This document shows, piece after piece, positions 11,803-25,466 of a DNA stretch of 64,000 nt. The stretch comes from Dimorphilus gyrociliatus (taxonomy: Eukaryota > Animalia > Annelida), in contig CAJFCJ010000006.1 in the NCBI GenBank assembly GCA_904063045.1, forward strand, positions 2,160,946 through 2,224,945, read 5' to 3'. Position numbers and translations under genes: made by a program. The notes beneath the pieces were generated by a model. It saw only the letters and a list, made by a program, of their open reading frames with translations. It was not told where the DNA came from and did not search any database. Position 1 is the stretch's first letter, and every line of letters begins with the position of its first letter.

Positions 11803-14393
11803 ATGGCTTCGTATCATCGCCCCGATTCGGTAACTCTACAAACTTTGAAAGATATAGCAAATAAATTGCGTATTCATTCAATAACATCAACGACTGCTAG
11901 TAATTCTGGGTATGTAAAAAACAGTAGGAGCGACTTGGTTAACTATTCTTTAAATATTGTAGATTAAAAATTGTCTACGTTCTAAATATTTATTGGCAAA
12001 TGTCTAAAGAACTTTTATTATATTGTCTGTTTAATTATAAAGGGGCTATAGAATATTTTCTGGCCTTGAATCTTTTAATAGTATTACTTATTCGTTATAT
12101 CAAACAGAACTTTTTCAGGCCTTTCTAGGCTTAAAAAGGAAATTATTCTATATCATATAAAGTTCATTTAACTTCTATTCATTCTAGGCATCCAACATCA
12201 TGCTGTTCTATTGCCGAAATTATGTCCGTTCTCTTCTTCCATGCAATGAAATATCGTGTGGACGATCCAAGACATCCGGCAAATGATAGATTCATTTTGT
12301 CAAAGGTAGGCTTCATTCGTTTGATATATATATATATATATTATAAATTAATTTGCTGATGAAGAGTAACCTTTTCCTTTTATAGGGTCATGCCGCACCT
12401 ATTTTATACGCAGCATGGGCTGAGGCTGGACTCTTTCCAACTTCAGAACTTCTAAATCTAAGGAAAATCGATTCAGATTTGGAAGGTAACCAAAAACTAG
12501 GGCAAACATTATTTCAGAATTTTTACATTATGTTCTGCTTCTTCCAGGTCATCCCACCCCACGTTTAAGCTTTGTAGATGTAGCTACAGGTTCTCTAGGA
12601 CAAGGGCTTTCTTGTGCTGCTGGCATGGCGTATACTGGAAAGTACTTTGATAGAGCAGAGTAAGTTATACAAGTATTGTAACAATACTATAACGCTTTAT
12701 CATTAAATCGTTCATTTTCTATTTTTAGTTATATGGTTTACTGTGTTATTGGTGACGGCGAGAGTGCTGAGGGTTCAATTTGGGAAGCTCTTGCTTTTGC
12801 TAGTAATAATAAATTGAACAATTTGGTTGCTATATTTGACATCAATAGACTTGGACAAAGTGAAGCTACAGCATTTGGTCATGATGTTGAGTCTTATAAA
12901 AGAAAGCTGGAAGCATTTGGGTAAGTTACCCTCATTTAATGAATGCAAAGTAGGAAGAGATAAATAGCTGCTTTCAGCAATATAAAACTATAATATATGA
13001 CGTATTATGAGGAAACATCTGTTCCTTTAGAAATGAATTAAACCTAATCAAAACCCCTATATATTAAATGTATGCAGGTGGAGAACACACGTGATCGACG
13101 GACACTGTATCAACTCTCTTTGTAAGGCCCTTTATGATGCTAAAAATACTTCCGACAAACCTACTTGTATTCTGGCCAAAACTCTAAAAGGCAAGGGTAT
13201 TGTTGGTATTGAAGATCAAGAAAATTGGCATGGAAAGCCGCTCGGCAATAAGACTCAAGAATCAATTGATGCTATAAGTCTTTGCATAGCCAACCATGGA
13301 CCACACGAGTTATCAGCACCAGTTCCCACCTGCCAGGTCTTGCCCAATAATATTACTAATATAACACTTTCGAGGCCTCCATCATATGATCTAGGACAGA
13401 AATTGGCACCTAGAGCAGCCTATGGAACAGCTTTAACGAAATTAGGCGAATCTTGCCCCCATGTTGTTGCTATGGATGGTGATACGAAAAATTCAACTTT
13501 CGCCATAAAATTCAAAGAAGCCTTTCCAGATAGGTTTATTGAATGCTTTATTGCAGAGCAAAATCTTACAGGTGTCGCTATGGGTTGTGCAACGAGAGAT
13601 AGAACCGTTGCATTTGTTTCAACCTTTGCCGCTTTTCTTTCAAGAGCATATGATCAAATAAGAATGGGAGCCTTGTCAATGACAAATGTCAATTTCGTTG
13701 GTTCTCATGCTGGCATTTCCATCGGAGAGGATGGGCCATCTCAAATGGCCTTGGAGGATATAGCAATGTTTAGGGCTGTTTCTGGTTCAACTGTCTTTTA
13801 TCCCAGTGATGCAGTCTCTACTGAAAGGGCAGTAGAATTAGCAGCAAATACTAAGGGAATCTGTTTTATAAGAACCAGTAGACCAGCATTCCCCGTGTTA
13901 TACGGAAATGACGAACCATTTCAAGTGGGTAAAGCCAAAGTCGTTAGGCAATCTAATAAAGATCAAGTAACAATCGTCGCTTCCGGCGTTACTTTACAAG
14001 AAGCTTTTAAGGCTGCAGAGAAGGTAATTAAAAAAACCTAATGGTTTTGCCCATGTTATTCTACTACAACCATATTCTATTTTACAGCTTGCTTATAACG
14101 GTGTTCAGGTTCGAATTGTTGATCCTTTCACTATCAAACCAATTGATAAGCAAACATTGCTCGATTGCGCAAAATCAACCGGAGGAAAAGTTTTAACAGT
14201 TGAAGATCATTACCCTCAAGGTGGAATAGGGGAAGCAGTAGCTTCAGCACTAGCCGAAGAAAGAGATGTACTCGTTAAAGTTCTTGCTGTTACAGCTCTC
14301 CCAAGATCTGGTAAACCAGAAGAACTTCTTGATAAATATGGTATATCTTCAAGATGCATTGTAGATGGAGTATCTTCTCTATTAAAACTATAA
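11803..14393 (+). CDS. TKT: Transketolase (animal type), 7 coding exons
   Basis: LRIHSI...SG|[34 protein letters not shown], the TPP motif [35 protein letters not shown] and [14 protein letters not shown]. All introns are GT-AG. Confidence 0.98.
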
Positions 14394-14755
14394 ATTAACC
14401 ATAGATAGTAAAACACCTTAAATGGATTCTATACTTACATATTTTATGTTTTTTTTTTTAAATAATTTGCTGTTCACCTAAGTTTGGTGATGATGGGTGT
14501 AGGGGTGTTTCTCTTCAAAATTAAAAAAAAGATATTCCTGCTAATAAACTATTAATGGAGAAAGAGTCTTTTAATTATTATTACGAAAATAATAGGACAA
14601 TATTGATTACTAATAGTTAAATATAAATTTCTCGTAAGCCTGGGAAAAGTTAAACTGTCTCGAACTTCCGTTGAGTGAAGAAAGGAAACCAGATGTCTCT
14701 GCTTGTCAAATACATTCTGTGCGAAACTATTATCTGTACACGTTGAGCAGACAAC

Positions 14756-16119
14756 ATGGCTTTAATTCGTGTAAATATCCTTCTTTTGTTTTTGTTATAT
14801 AATAATTAAACGACCTAACCAATGACTTGATTAATTCAGGATCCTTGTTTGTATTGTATAAAAGCCATTATAATTCTTGATAATGATGGAAATCGTTTAA
14901 TAGCCAAGGTTTGCCTCTTCAATAATTATTTGTTTATGATTAGTCAATTTAATAAAAAAAATTGATAAAACCCAGTACTTTGATGAGACGTTTCCAACAA
15001 ATACTGAGCAAAGACAATGGGAGAAGAATTTATTCAATAAAACTCATAGAGAAAATGGTAAATCACTTATTGTTCTTTCGTATGAAACAAACTTCATTAA
15101 TAGCAATCATCTCTCTTCAGCGGATGTAACGATATTAGACAATTTAACGATTGTATACAGGAGCAACGTAGATCTGTTTTTTTATGTCGTTGGAAATTCG
15201 TCGGAAAACGAAGTAATATAAAAATGATTTTCCATAAATACATATATATGTATATATTCTCTATATATTTTAGCTCATCTTAGCCAGTGTATTGTCAACG
15301 CTGTACGAGGCCATAAACCTAATGTTGAAAAAAGATGTTGAAAAGCGATCTTTGTTAGATAATATGGAAAATATTTTTCTAGCTTTGGACGAAATATGCG
15401 ATCAAGGGTATTGTATTAGAAATTTTATGCTATAACGTTTTTATCAATAGTATATTTATGTTAAACAATTCTATATAGAATAATATTGGAAAGCGATCCT
15501 CATGCTATTGTTAGTAGATGTGCTGTTAGAGGTGACGATATTCCCTTAGGAGAGCAAACAGTGGCTCAGGTAAGAACAGTTTCAATATAAATATATATGT
15601 ATATAGTTTTGTATTTTTGTACATATATATGCTTATAATATTTCTTTAGCAATTAACAAACAAACTAAAGGTTTGAATAATATTTCAAAATTAAAAGAAT
15701 TTAGGAAAAGACATCAGAAAGACAGTTACAACAATAATACATATATATATATATACAGTTTATATGTATTATTGCATGTTTTATTTTTTAGTACTATATA
15801 CAGTAATCAAACACTATTTCTATGTTTCTTAGAAGTCTTTTTTAATGTACTTTTTTTATTATTAAAAGCTTTTTAAAAAGTTAATGCTAACGGGTGGAAA
15901 TGCATGATTTTCAGTTATATAGGATAAACTTGTACTTCTATTTTTATAAAATGACTTTATTTTCTTATAAACTCTCTAAAAAAAGTCTATTTTTGCTTCA
16001 ATAAATTCATTTTAATAAGGTATATAATAGATATATAACTTTTAAATTTAATTATCTCTTTTCAACAGGTTCTGCAATCGGCGAAAGATCAATTCAAATG
16101 GTCTCTATTGAAAAATTGA
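14756..16119 (+). CDS. COPZ1: Coatomer subunit zeta, 7 exons
   Basis: MALIR|[23 protein letters not shown]|YFDETF...[10 protein letters not shown]...VVGNSSENE...ALDEICDQG...EQTVAQ|[16 protein letters not shown] is collinear with COPZ1/2. Confidence 0.96.
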
Positions 16120-17329
16120 AAAATAGACTTTCTTTTCTTTTTTTTTGCATCTTTTTCCTCCTTTCTGATAATCTGTTCGAATCATCAATTTTTCAACATT
16201 ATGGCTGAATAATAAATAACATAACCATCAATTTAATTAATTATCCTTTAATTCTCTGTTAAAAGAGGAAAAAAGAAATAAATTTGCATTTAGTATGTAC
16301 AATATCCTTATTATATATAATAACGATATTGGAAATGACATGAGCATGTTTAATACATTCACTGATATCAGTTATAGATTACTATTTATTTAATATTCTC
16401 TTTCACTTATATGAATTACAAATGATTCTTTTTTTAAGTCCTTTTAACTTGCTTTACTCCAGAAAGTGACGTCACTTAGATATAGTAAAAAAAAAAATCA
16501 ATGAAGATATTTTATCTTATCAAGCTGTGTTAGTATGCCAAATAAAAAAACTGTTCAGTTCATTAACCGGGAAATAGTTAAAAGATATAATAATTAGGCG
16601 TATTGTTTGATTGGTTTAATTTTTGAAATATGAAAGGATTGATATAAAATATAAAAGAAAAATTTACTTTGATTAACTATTTTTATTAGACTGTAAATTA
16701 ATTTTAATAAAACTAACTCTGATGTCATTAGTCCTTTTATTGCCCTTTTTGTGACCTTGATGAGAAATTTAATTAAACGTTTCTGGTAAAGTAATCAATG
16801 GTATTTCAGAACTTCCGCTCATGTATTTGCATGTGACTTGACTGACAGTTTAAATCGGGGATAAATATTTATATAATCTTATTTCAGCACTCCTTATTAA
16901 ACTAACAATATTTGTTTAAACCGATAGAACTAGTTAAAGTATAATAATTTGGGTCAAGATTTTATTCAGTTTTTACACTATACAAAAACCTGACAAACTC
17001 TATAAAAATTTCAAAATTAAGGATTTTCATACAATTAAATTCGTCATTTTAAATATTAGTATAAATAATGTGATAGAAATCGATTTTTATTAGTGCTTTT
17101 GATAGGTTAAACTAAAAAAAAGTACCGCTCAATTAGTGTGGTTCCGGACTGTGTGATATATTTTCCGCAAATAAAATGAAGGGGATGACAAATGATGATG
17201 ATAATTTCATTTAATTTTTTAAATAAAAATGTAAGTAAGTAAGCAAAAAAATATTAGTAATTTCTTATTAAAATTATTGTACTGAAAATACGTTGAAAAC
17301 GCCCACAAAGACGTTTGGGAAGTAGCATT

Positions 17330-17340
17330 TGCGCATGCGC
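17330..17340. promoter_or_regulatory. Nuclear respiratory factor 1 (NRF1) consensus site in the NRBP promoter
   Basis: TGCGCATGCGC lies about 70 nt upstream of the NRBP ATG, in otherwise AT-rich DNA. Confidence 0.5.
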
Positions 17341-17411
17341 TATGTTCCACTACTTAAGTCCGTAGAAAAAAAGGGCAGTCTACCGAAAAAACTCCTTCTG
17401 AAGGTACGAAT

Positions 17412-19942
17412 ATGGCCAGTACTAAACCAGCTGGTGAGCCAGAAGTTCCAGCAGCTGATCATAGGGATAGTGGTGACGAATCGGAAGATGAAGGGGAGGT
17501 TCTTGAGGAGAGCCCATGCTGTAGGTGGCAGAAAAGAAAGGAAAGAGTGGAACAGCGTGACGTGCCCGGCATTGATTGTGCTTATTTATCTATGGATACA
17601 GAAGAGGGTAATTATATGTCTGTTAATATCGAAGTTACATGTAAAAACAACGTCTCGATTCCCAATTAACGACGAATATAACATAATTATTCATCTGTTC
17701 GATTACGAATCAGTTGGTATTAGTCAAATTGGGAAATTTTGATGACGTAAAAACTATTAAAAATGAATGAATTTCAAAAGAAACATGATTCTGCCAGCTG
17801 TCTGATCTTCTCTTAGCCTATACATACTTTTTATGTATAAAATTTTATTTAAAAAGCCACAGTATAAATGTATGTAAAATCCATATTACGTAACACTCTC
17901 GCTCAATCCCCCATTGGTTAGCTTAGACACCCAGACAGTCTACTTTCCATCAAACAAAAAAAACTGAAGTTCACTAAACTCATTGTGTTGCCTTTTCAAA
18001 CAAAAAATATAGGCCGTACGAATCATTTTCCAAGAACAAATTGATTGTTATCTGTAATAAAGAATACTGTACACTGAGACTACGTATAAATTTTGTATTA
18101 ACTACTTTGTTCTAAATCATCTTTTGAAGCTTTAAAAATAGTGTTAAGAATATCCCTTACACTTGTAGAAATAATTAGAAATAAAGAAAATAGCTGTTTA
18201 AACCTCTTATATAATATACTTTCAATATTATTAGCTTCTTTTTTTATACTTCTAAAAGTAATTACTGCAAAAAGCAGATTGTTCAGTTAGACATAGAAAA
18301 AAAAAGTATTGAAAAACACAAAAAAAAGATAGATTCAATACAAAAAACACCATTTATATAATGTATATTATATATATTATATGTATATAATATCTAGATT
18401 CATTAATTACTATTTATATTTTATCTTGATGGACAATGCCATTGGGAGTTAATTCTAAAAATAGTCTCGAAAAAAATCTTATTGTACTAGATTGTTTCGA
18501 TTAATTCTATGCTGAAGAATAAGATAATTTAATCGGTGATAAAGATATTCTTTTATTCAGGTATGGAGGTTGTATGGAATGAAGTCTATATGCTACCTGA
18601 CAAAGATTTGAAATCACATTTGGAGGAGGTAAAAAGAGTATTCGACACTTTAATTCACTTAGATCACGCCAACCTTGTTAAGTTTCATACTTATTGGATT
18701 GTATATGGAAATAATTCAAATGATAGAAAGAAAGTGGTATTCATAACTGAATATATGTCATCGGGATCTTTTAAACAATTCTTATATAAAGCTAAGAATA
18801 AGCCTAAGACATTGGATATAAAAAATAAAAATAAAACTCTAAAGGCGTGGAAGAGATGGTGCACCCAGATTTTGTCAGCTCTCTCTTACCTTCATTCTTG
18901 TGAGCCGGCTATAATCCACGGAAATTTAACTTGCGACACAATATTTATCCAACACAACGGCCTCATAAAGATAGGTTCAGTGGCGCCGGACGCCATCACC
19001 AAGAACGTGAAAACGACTAGGAGAGATATTAAGAAAAATATGCATTACTTTCCTGCAGAATGTGATCGAGCCGAAAATGTAACAACGGCAGTAGATATTT
19101 TCTCATTTGGAATTTGTGCCCTTGAAATGGCCGCCTTAGAATTACAGCCAAATTCAGAAAACGGTGTTGTAACAGATGAAGTCATTAGGAACGTTTTAAA
19201 TAGTTTAGAAGATAAAGATCAGCGTGCCTTCATTAGTCTTTGTTTAGATGAAGATCCAGAAAAAAGACCGACAGCAAGGGAGTTATTGTTTAATAAGGTG
19301 CTTTTCGAGGTGCATTCTTTAAAGTTATTAGCGGCACATGCCGTTGTCAATTCGTCCAACGAGCAAAACATTCAAGAGGAAGTTTGGAAGAGAGATCCTA
19401 ATTGTGTAATTGCTGAATGGCCCAACTTAACAAGCGGTTTAACTCAGCAATGGAAAGTTTCAGATTCTCCTGCTTTAGAATTAGACAAATTTTTGGAAGA
19501 TGTTCAAAATGGTATTTATCCACTAACTGCTTTCACCGACAGTGTTGGAAATATAGCTCCAGCTAGAACAAGAGCCGTATCCCCTGAAATTCCCGAGTCA
19601 GTTAAATCTGAGTCACCTGAAATAGTCCAAGACAGAGAAACAAGAAGTTGCCAAATTGTTACATGTGACATTAAACCTATGGAAGTTATCAAAGAAACTC
19701 AATTGTTACCAGGTAGTGGAGATGAGGGTGAAAAGAAAAAATTTCAAGTTCATCTATTACTTAAAATGGAGGATAAAACGAATCGAGATTTACAAGGTGA
19801 AATCGGTGAGAATGAAACCCCTACTGTTCTTGTTAAAGAATTAGTGGATTTAGGTTTTGTCAGTTTGACTGATCATGATAAGATTTTAACAAGTTTAGAA
19901 GAAGCGTTGGATAAAGTTGATGCTCCGTTGATTGCTACTTGA
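17412..19942 (+). CDS. NRBP1: Nuclear receptor-binding protein (NRBP pseudokinase), 2 exons (17412-17607, 18561-19942)
   Basis: EESPCCRWQKRKE...MDTEEG|MEVVWNEV, FITEYMSSGS, KAWKRWCTQILSALSYLHSCEPAIIHGNLTCDTIFIQHNGLIKIGSV (degenerate HRD and DFG), the BC-box region ARELLF...VHSLKLLAAH, and LELDKFLEDVQNGIYPLT. Confidence 0.96.
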
Positions 19943-20452
19943 GAAACCTAAATTTTTTTTATCTTATGCTTTTATGTATATTTTGTGTTGTATATTAAAA
20001 GCGTTTGCATATTGGACTTGTGTATTTTTTAAATGTTTACAATGCAAAAGGTGTTTGTTAAATTTTTCGCTTAAAATACTAAGGCGATTAATCTGCTTAA
20101 GGTGAATTCATTGCACACTGCCAAAGTGATATTCGACAATTATATATAAATAAAAGTGAACATATCTAATTAATTTTTTTTACAATATTACTGATATCGT
20201 CACTGCAAAGATATTATAAACTAAGAGAATCTTGTTCCTTATTCCCGATTCTTTTACGTGAAGTTTTTATTAACTATACAATATTTTGATATTAGATGTT
20301 GAATAATAATAAAGACTATACTAGTTGCTTTCGTCTGATAAACATGATTCATCGTACTTTTACAAAACAACACTCCTTTTTAACTTTTATTTAACCAGTG
20401 TCTGAAATCTAGGAATGATAAATAAATACTTGTTCGTAATATTATGTTACTT

Positions 20453-23400
20453 TCAATGTCTTTTGTGTTGGTTTCGATATTTTTTAATACTGGAAGAAGA
20501 GTGAGCTCCATGTCGCTTACCCCTGTTGCGATGATGACGATGATGACTTCTTGGTCGGTGATAAATTGATCCTGATGATCGAGAATTTGAACGACGTCTT
20601 CGATTATGCTTTTGTTGATCAATCTTTCGACGCTTAGGAGACTTTTGTCTTCCAGAATACGAGGAATTAGATCTGTTGAAATACAGAAAAACATTTTAAT
20701 AAATACCTAAACGACTTAAAAGTATTTAAATACTTGTACCTGCTTCGGGATTCGTAAGACCGTTTACGCAATTTTCTATTATCCTCTGTATATTTCAATC
20801 TCTCTTTTTCACCATCCCTAAGTGAATAATTTTCAGTATTACTCTTATCAATGATGTGGTTGCCATTTTGGATTGGTATTTTATTCTTTTCAGTAGTAGC
20901 AGTAGATTTTATACCGACCGGCGGTGTGTTTTTATTTTCAGGTGTATCGGTCAACAATTTCGTTGCTTTAGCGTTTTTCTTAGCTTCGGCAATGGCACTT
21001 TTTATAACGTTTACTCTTTCTTCAAGAGTATCTACACTTAATCTGTTTAGAGCATATAATTTGAGGATAGTTAAAGAGATATCTTCAACTTCTGCGTCTG
21101 TTGCATTGAAAACTCTGTACCAAGGTGGTCTATTAGGAAGAGGAACTTGCATCTTTCGGCTGGCAAGGAAAATGCATGCGCAAGCAATACTTTCCGGTCT
21201 ATATCGTACCCATAGGTTCGTCCTTAAGCTATCGTTCATGTAGTTCCTGTGAAAGAACGGCGTACATGCAAAATGTTCCTCTGCACATAATTAGGGTTTT
21301 AATTTATCGAGACCCTGTGCAGATCTGCGTTGATTGGAGTTAATTTTAAAACTGAGTCTCCATATTAAATTCCTTAATTCTTGTAGCACCGTGTTTAAGA
21401 TATACTCAATATCAGTAACTTAAATCCATATATATATATATATTGGATCAAGATAAATTAGTAGAATACAGTTAGATAACATTATTTTTTCTTTAGTTGT
21501 AAGATTAAGAAAAAGAAATAGAGCAAGAAGAGGCCAAAGTTTTAGACTATAAATGCTTCTTAGATATATTCTGTTACGCATAAAAAAAATATCTTCTTTC
21601 TCGTAAATAGTATAAAATGAAAATTTAGAGGAGAAAACAGCTTTTCAAAGAGTAGATCTTATGGAGGCGTTACAAAAGAACATGTATCTGTATTCGATCA
21701 AACAATCGATGTGCTAATTTTTTGTCGCAAAACTATATATTATGTACAAGCGCCACGATATATGAAAAGTTATATACATTACCCCTGGTCATTGATCCGT
21801 CATAATCAATAGCTGGAATAGCACAGATTGGTTGGTTTTGCTATAAGACATAACAGATTACTGAAATTATTAAGCTATTAAAAACAATGGTGTAAGGCGT
21901 ACAGGAACCACCTGTCACACCAGATAGCTGTTGAATCTTGACACCAAACTCATAACAGCAGCTGATTCGCACAATTTGTCGCCACAACTCTCCATGTTTA
22001 ACTGGTTAAGGTAAAAGCCATAAAGTCAAAAGAGAACAGATATTTTTTTAAAAATGCTTTTAAAGAATATCTTACTGCCTCCCTCTGCGTTAAATTAATT
22101 AAGTACGATAAATTAAACAAAAATGATAAAGGAATTAGATTAAATCTAATTTTTTTCTCACAGCTATACTGTGTAGTATTAGTCAATAAATGGAAATCAA
22201 CTTAAATGAAAAACTATATCTTTTCAAAAGAGTATCCATTTTCATTTAGCTTAAGTATAATATTAAAGATTAAACTAAACTAATCCCTAAGCTCTTTTTC
22301 TAGGACTAAGTATAAAAAAGAGACTTATCTATAGATACTTATACATTATATAAAGTTAATATAATGATCTAGAATAGATTTATGTAATGAAAACTTTCAT
22401 TACGAAGCGATGGTGTAACTAGATAGGACGAGGAGGCAGCCGAAAATAGTGAACGAAAGACACAATGTAAATAGAGATATATAATATAAACGCACAGGAC
22501 CTCTTGAATAAATTAATAGAGTAAATTAACTTACCATGCTAATTGGGCTAATGAACTATCACGTTCTGATGAATTTGTATTACTCTGGCGGAGTGCTTTA
22601 AGATATGCCATAATTATCTGGAAAATTGGGAAATTCTTATGAAAATTAAATTCACTTTGAATAAAATCGGAACTAATAATAATAGTAATTATATTAAGAC
22701 GAGAAGAATTGAGTAGCTGAAAAAATAAATTAGTATTTCTCTTACACAAAATACTATCGAATTATCATCGTAGGATGGATTATTTAAGGTTTTCAATAAT
22801 TGGGTATTAATACGCGGAAAACGATAAGTCGTTTGCTTTAGTACCTTATATTGAAAACCTTCTGAAACTCTTTCTTACCTTATGAGGATGTTGAACGTGA
22901 ACACAAAACCCAAGCTCAATTAACAATCGTCTTTCTGTCTTTATAACCAAATTCTTTAAATGGACATAAGATTGATCAAGGATCATTGGTATTGGTGATC
23001 TATATTGATACAAAGTTATCGTAAATAAGTATTAGAGTTTTTAACTGTAAATTTTAAAAGTATACTTTTGCTTTCGAATCTGCTGTAAATGATGAAAAAC
23101 ATTGATTACATCTCGAATTTTCCGTGGATCTTCTTCAATTTTGGAGGCGAGATTTATACAAGCCATGGCCACAATCTATAAAGATATATAAAATATATTT
23201 ATTTATTATTTAATAAATTAACTTATCTCTTTCTTTCATCCTACCTCAAAATTATGTTTTACAAATGATTTCGAATAGTAGAATCTTTGATAAAGTATTT
23301 GACCAGTAGCCATCGCCACCTATTAGATAAAGTTTTATTATTATACAACTAGCTTTTGAAGCGTAAATCTAATAAATACTTGGGGTAATTTTAAAAGAAT

Positions 23401-23586
23401 TCCAGAAGTCTGAATCAATTCGCATCCCAAAACTCTTAGTTGAAGTTCGATTTCGTCGTCTAAACCATCGATACCGGAGGGTGTTGTTAATAATTTTTCC
23501 TCTGGTATTATAATATTTTCCAAAGAAATTTTAACTTCAGAAAAATTCCTTGTCGTCAACGGATTTGGTTGTTTATTTTCAACCAT
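20453..23586 (-). CDS. CCNL1: Cyclin L with C-terminal RS domain
   Basis: [49 protein letters not shown]|[28 protein letters not shown], and an Arg/Ser-rich last exon ending at TGA 20453-20455. An alternative in-frame ATG is at 23604. Confidence 0.95.
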
Positions 23587-24241
23587 GTTGAAAAATTTTG
23601 ACATATAAATGGCGTCTGTTTGCTGCAAGTCTATTATGTTATTACCCGATAAGATAAATCGAAACTAGTCGATCAAAATAGTACAATCGTTTGAAATTCA
23701 AATGTAATTTTGTGTTATTATTATCTAAGACATATGAGTTAAAAAAATTCTACCAACAATTACTACATAAAATTTTGGCTTTAGGATCAAATTTTTGCAA
23801 TTATATTCCTTAACAAAAGAATATTTCAAGTTATAGCTTTTACTTAGCTGATCGATATAAAATCGGCTGCTAGATAGGCCTAACAAGCGCTATTTATGCT
23901 AAGTTTGTTATTATGTAATTTCGTGTAATAAGTGTTACTGTTCAATGTTACAATCAATATAAATAAACAAGATAATTTTTTAATTTTATAAAAAAACTAT
24001 CAGACTTTGGAAGCTTCTAACAATATATTTTTATTCAGATGTTAAGCTTAGTTACTTTTCCAAGATCCATTAGTAAAATATAACTCTCTCTACCAGTTTC
24101 TTTCCAATAACAACCTCTTCCTTTGATATAAAGCTAGTTACTTACTACGTTAAAATTGAACTAGAGGAAACAATACATTGGAAAATACAGCTCATGAATG
24201 AAATTCAATCTGTAAAAATTCAATTTGAAAGAACTGTTGTC

Positions 24242-25466
24242 ATGTTTAACAGAAGAAAATTATACTCTATTATCATTCTTATAGGAATAATATTTCTTTC
24301 GTTTACTGCACTTGTTAAATCTAGATCCATTGAACGTTTCAATTTTCCTAAAAATAATGAAAATGCTGAAAAAGTTAACTTTGATAAAAAAAATCGTTTG
24401 GTAGTAGATGACTTAAAACCGGTAGATCACATCGATGCCGTTCGAATGGAACAGGATGGAGACCTTAATAAAGATTTTAAAAAGGAGATATTCCTGGGTA
24501 ATCATGAATCTATCGATAATTTAAGTGAAAAGGATAAAACGGAGAAGCTTACCGAGATATTCCATGCAGTCGATTTAGACAAAAATGGGCAACTATCGTT
24601 GATGGAAATGCAGGATTGGATATCGAAGAAAGTTGAAGAGCATTTCCTTGAAAATCATGAAGATAATGAAAGAGTTTTTAAATTTTTAGATTTAGATAAC
24701 GATGGTTTTGTTCATTGGAAGGAATTTCACAAACAATTTTTAATGGCCAAAGGTCATAATGAAAAACAAGTTGACAAACATATTGAAGAGTATGATACAC
24801 TATCAATTGACGATGAAGATAAGGATGCAATTGTAAATTACAAATTCCGTTGGACAGATGCCGACAGCGATCCTCAAGATAACAAACTAACATTAGAAGA
24901 GTTTAAAGAATTTCGGCATCCTGAAAGAAGCACTAAAATGATCCAGAGAATGGTTGATGAAATTTTAGATAACCTGGACTCTAATAAAGACGGAAGGGTC
25001 ATAGAAGAAGAATTTGCGGCTGTACCTAAAGGAGATCATCATCCACAATTCGAAAAGGTTGACGAGGTAAATAAAATCACAGTGAATTCAATTTAAAATA
25101 GTCATTTCACTTATCTAATTTTGCTTTCTACATAAAAGACATGGCAAAAAGAAAGAAGAAAGGAATTTAACGATGTTATAGACATTAATCACGATGGTAT
25201 AGTTGATAAAGATGAGCTTAGAGTAAGAAAACTATCTTTTTATCAAAACATGAAAACTAACAATTTTCTTTATATCTCTTTATAATTAGAAATACGTTGA
25301 TCCTCGAAACAAACAACACGCCTTAATGGAAGCAAAAAATTTACTTCAGGTGGCAGATAATGACAACAATGGAGCAGTTAGCCTCGAAGAAGTAATTGAA
25401 AATATTGATCTGTTTTTTGGTAGTAAATTAGTAGATGCAAATTCTGCTCTACATGATGAATTTTAA
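24242..25466 (+). CDS. SDF4: 45 kDa calcium-binding protein Cab45 (CREC family, multi-EF-hand), 3 coding exons
   Basis: Signal peptide, DHIDAVRMEQDGDLNKDFKKEIFLG (Cab45-type N-terminus), EF-hands DLDKNGQLS, DLDNDGFVHW, DSNKDGRV, DINHDGIVD and DNDNNGAVS, and a C-terminal HDEF*. An alternative ATG is at 24194. Confidence 0.92.

Noticed and set aside
17190-17286. ATGATGA...CTGA pair resembling C/D snoRNA boxes
   Set aside because: It is intergenic and extremely AT-rich, with no terminal stem and no evident rRNA-complementary guide.
20380-21243. Antisense or off-frame ORFs overlapping cyclin L (and similar ones over TKT, SDF4, STAT and Nrf)
   Set aside because: These are shadow frames of real coding exons.
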